A stretch of 62,633 nucleotides of DNA, counting the filler, from Choristocarpus tenellus KU-1152 (lineage: Eukaryota > Protista > Phaeophyceae), in the NCBI GenBank assembly GCA_964200185.2. It is 9 parts of 9 records of this genome, joined end to end, with 100 filler letters (N's around TTAATTAATTAA, not from the genome) between each part and the next. Parts side by side here need not be neighbours in the genome. Positions count along the whole stretch, not along the records: positions 58,875 to 62,633 come from CAXNAD020018101.1; 8 more parts are not named here. The stretch is one strand, 5' to 3'. A program made the position numbers and the translations under genes. Shown here piece after piece: positions 60,226-62,633 of this stretch (positions are counted from its first letter, which is position 1; every line of letters starts with the position of its first letter). Below the pieces are notes generated by a model. The model was not told where the DNA came from. It saw only the letters and a list, made by a program, of their open reading frames with translations, and ran no database searches.

Positions 60226-62633
60226 GTGAGCGGAAGAGTCTCTTTTTATTTTTTTTGTCTGTTTCCCTTCCCTATTCGCCAATGGCATCCGTTTTTTGAC
60301 CTAGTGTACTGATGTGATGGTCTATAGATGTTAGGGTTATAGGGTTAGGGGTAATATATTGGAACTGAATCCCCTCCGAACCCCCTTCTCAACCGCCTTC
60401 ATTACTGCAAGAGTTCCGAAAGGTTTCAAGTGGCTCTGTAGTGCTACGAATCACAGTGAAGTGCTACAGAGCGACCCCCTCATCTCTTTGTGCACAGCAG
60501 TGATTCTGGCGCCGCACTGCACACTGACGAGAGATTGCACAAAAACAATTTTTATTTTGTGTACTGGTGTGTAATAAGGAACTCTTTGCTAAATATACAT
60601 TTCTTTTTCCCCACCCCCTCCCCCCACCCGCTTCTCCTTGAACGGGTTGCCGCAAGGTCAACTTAGGGTAGGGGTTAGGGTTAGGGTGCAGAATCTTGTT
60701 AGTAGTTGTCAAGCATAATTATGCTTGACTATTTGTGAGAATATGATTTGAAGTATTATTTTATGTACGCACAGATAGATGATAATGTGGGATATTTGGG
60801 ATATTTAGGGTTAGGGTTAGGGTATTATTTGACCGGAATTAATCGACGGACTGTTGTTGTTGTAAGAGTCGGAGTGTTTATAACGGGTAATAGAGAAACG
60901 TTGAGTCATTTGGTGTTCTGAGACATTCAATGTTAGAATTGGTGAGCCCCACCTAGTGAAGGTATCTCACTCTCCTCTCAACTGTGATACAAGTTAATAA
61001 ACAATAATGTAACTGGTTGTGTGGGACAACAGATCGTCAAGGACAGCTTAACAGTAGAGTTTCTTGATGTATTTATTGGCAGGAGTTGTATCAAGATCTT
61101 TGTGAAAACAAAACCAACAATAGATATCATGACGGGAATTATATGGTAATGATAATGATTTAAGAGCGATTGCATCCTCTTAGCTCGATGTGGTGTGTAC
61201 AGTACTGATAGGGTAGGTGCTGTCCTTTGATTGGTCTGTGGCGTTGAAGGTATGTCGCTTGATTGGTCTATGTTGCTGTTTTTGTTCCGTGAGGGTTCCC
61301 CCTGTACGTTAGTTATCCCCTTGTATAGTAATAATAATAATAATAATAATAATATATGAATACATTGTTGTATTTGAATATTAGTGAACATGAAATAAAT
61401 AATAAAAATGGGCAATAGCTACGACGTGATATTTATGGTACTTTACTTTGTGATACGAGGGGTGAGATCAGAATTTTCATCTTATTTTGTTTAGTTAGGG
61501 TTATAGGGTCTCTAGGGGGGCTGTATCTTACTCTTCACAGTTTTCTTCTCATTGTGTTCCAAGTAGTTAAAAGAATAACAAACAAAAATATTATGGTAAA
61601 ATGAACACGTGGAATATATCGGGAGAGCTTTGTTTTGCACAGTCATGGGACTGTACAGGAAGACTTGGACTGCATATCTTGAAAGAGTAAGATTGATGTG
61701 ATGTGATGTGATGTGATGTGATGAAATGAGATGAGATGAGATAGAGCTATGTGTTGTGGGGTGGGGGGGGCGGGAGGGGCAAAGAAGTGGCGATAGGATG
61801 NNNNNNNNNNGGTGGTGGTGATGTGAGGTGAGAAAAAGTGAAGTGTGGGAGGGAGATGTTGGGTGGGGGGGGGGGGGGGGGGGGGGGGGGGCAAAGAAGT
61901 GGCGATAGGATGGCAAAGCAGACTTGCTTTGTCAAAAAGGTTTAAAAGGTTGTTCCTGTTTTTGGCAAACTGTCCCTCCAGACATAGTGATAATGGGAAT
62001 GAAAAAACAAAATTTTCCGTTCACCTTGATGAACGTTGTGGCAGAGCAAAGAGGTATCAAGGAGGGCATTTTTTATACATGTTCTGTTGGTGCCTCTTAT
62101 CCCTCTCTCCTCTTGTGTCATGTAACCGATCTTTGACTGCTTTTCATGGTAGGAACATTCCCGTACAGTATTCGAAGAGTAGGAATTGGTGTTGTTATAG
62201 AGCTGTAGTGCGTTTTGTTATCCTTCAAGAGGTGCCGTTGTATCGTTCTTTTATTTGCGTACCCGCTACTCTACTTGACTTATACATGGACGCAGTTCAT
62301 AAAAAGAAGAAAAAAGAACAAACAATTCCAATAAATCATCCCACTTCCTCCAGCAACATGGATATATATATATATACACACTCTTTGGGGTATTGCTGGA
62401 AGGGCTCATCAATGCCCACAACGAGAATCGGCACCTTTTTTTTCACTTTTTTTTTATTGTGCTTTTTGACTACTTGGTCTGAGGTGTGTTCTTTTTCTTT
62501 GTACTAATGCAAAAATGGTTATAAAATGCTTTTTGATAATAATGTTTCAAGAACAATGTTAATTAAGAGCAGTTTTTTTTTCACCCAGACCCACCGAACA
62601 AACGTTAGCACCTCCCCCCCCTCCCCGCCCCCC

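Noticed and set aside
61775-61915. Direct repeat GGGGCAAAGAAGTGGCGATAGGATG on both sides of a 10-N gap
   Set aside because: Probably a scaffolding overlap artefact at the gap.

Overview
This is eukaryotic, intron-rich DNA, most consistent with a photosynthetic stramenopile such as a brown alga or close relative. The evidence is a nuclear-encoded phosphoribulokinase with a bipartite plastid-targeting leader and diatom-like Cys spacing, plus TTAGGG telomere-type motifs. The window is not one locus: eight artificial 100-bp spacers (44 N + TTAATTAATTAA + 44 N) join nine contigs, so most genes are partial. Genes reconstructed by hand from splice sites and motifs are: a complete 5-exon PRK; an intronless 609-aa protein of seven ~80-92-aa repeats with a mitochondrial-type leader (no family recognised, best novelty candidate); the 3' end of a TFIIS-N-domain gene; an ABHD/YheT-type alpha/beta-hydrolase lacking its last exon; the 5' part of XPF/ERCC4 with a ~205-aa low-complexity insert; and isolated CorA-like and copine exons. 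The rest is TE-rich: a decayed plant-mariner-like element (DD40D spacing), a non-LTR RT remnant, several MITE families, an inverted pair of LTR-like repeats carrying a tRNA-Ser 3' half, minisatellites and many short interstitial telomere motifs, one of them apparently inserted into a MITE copy.
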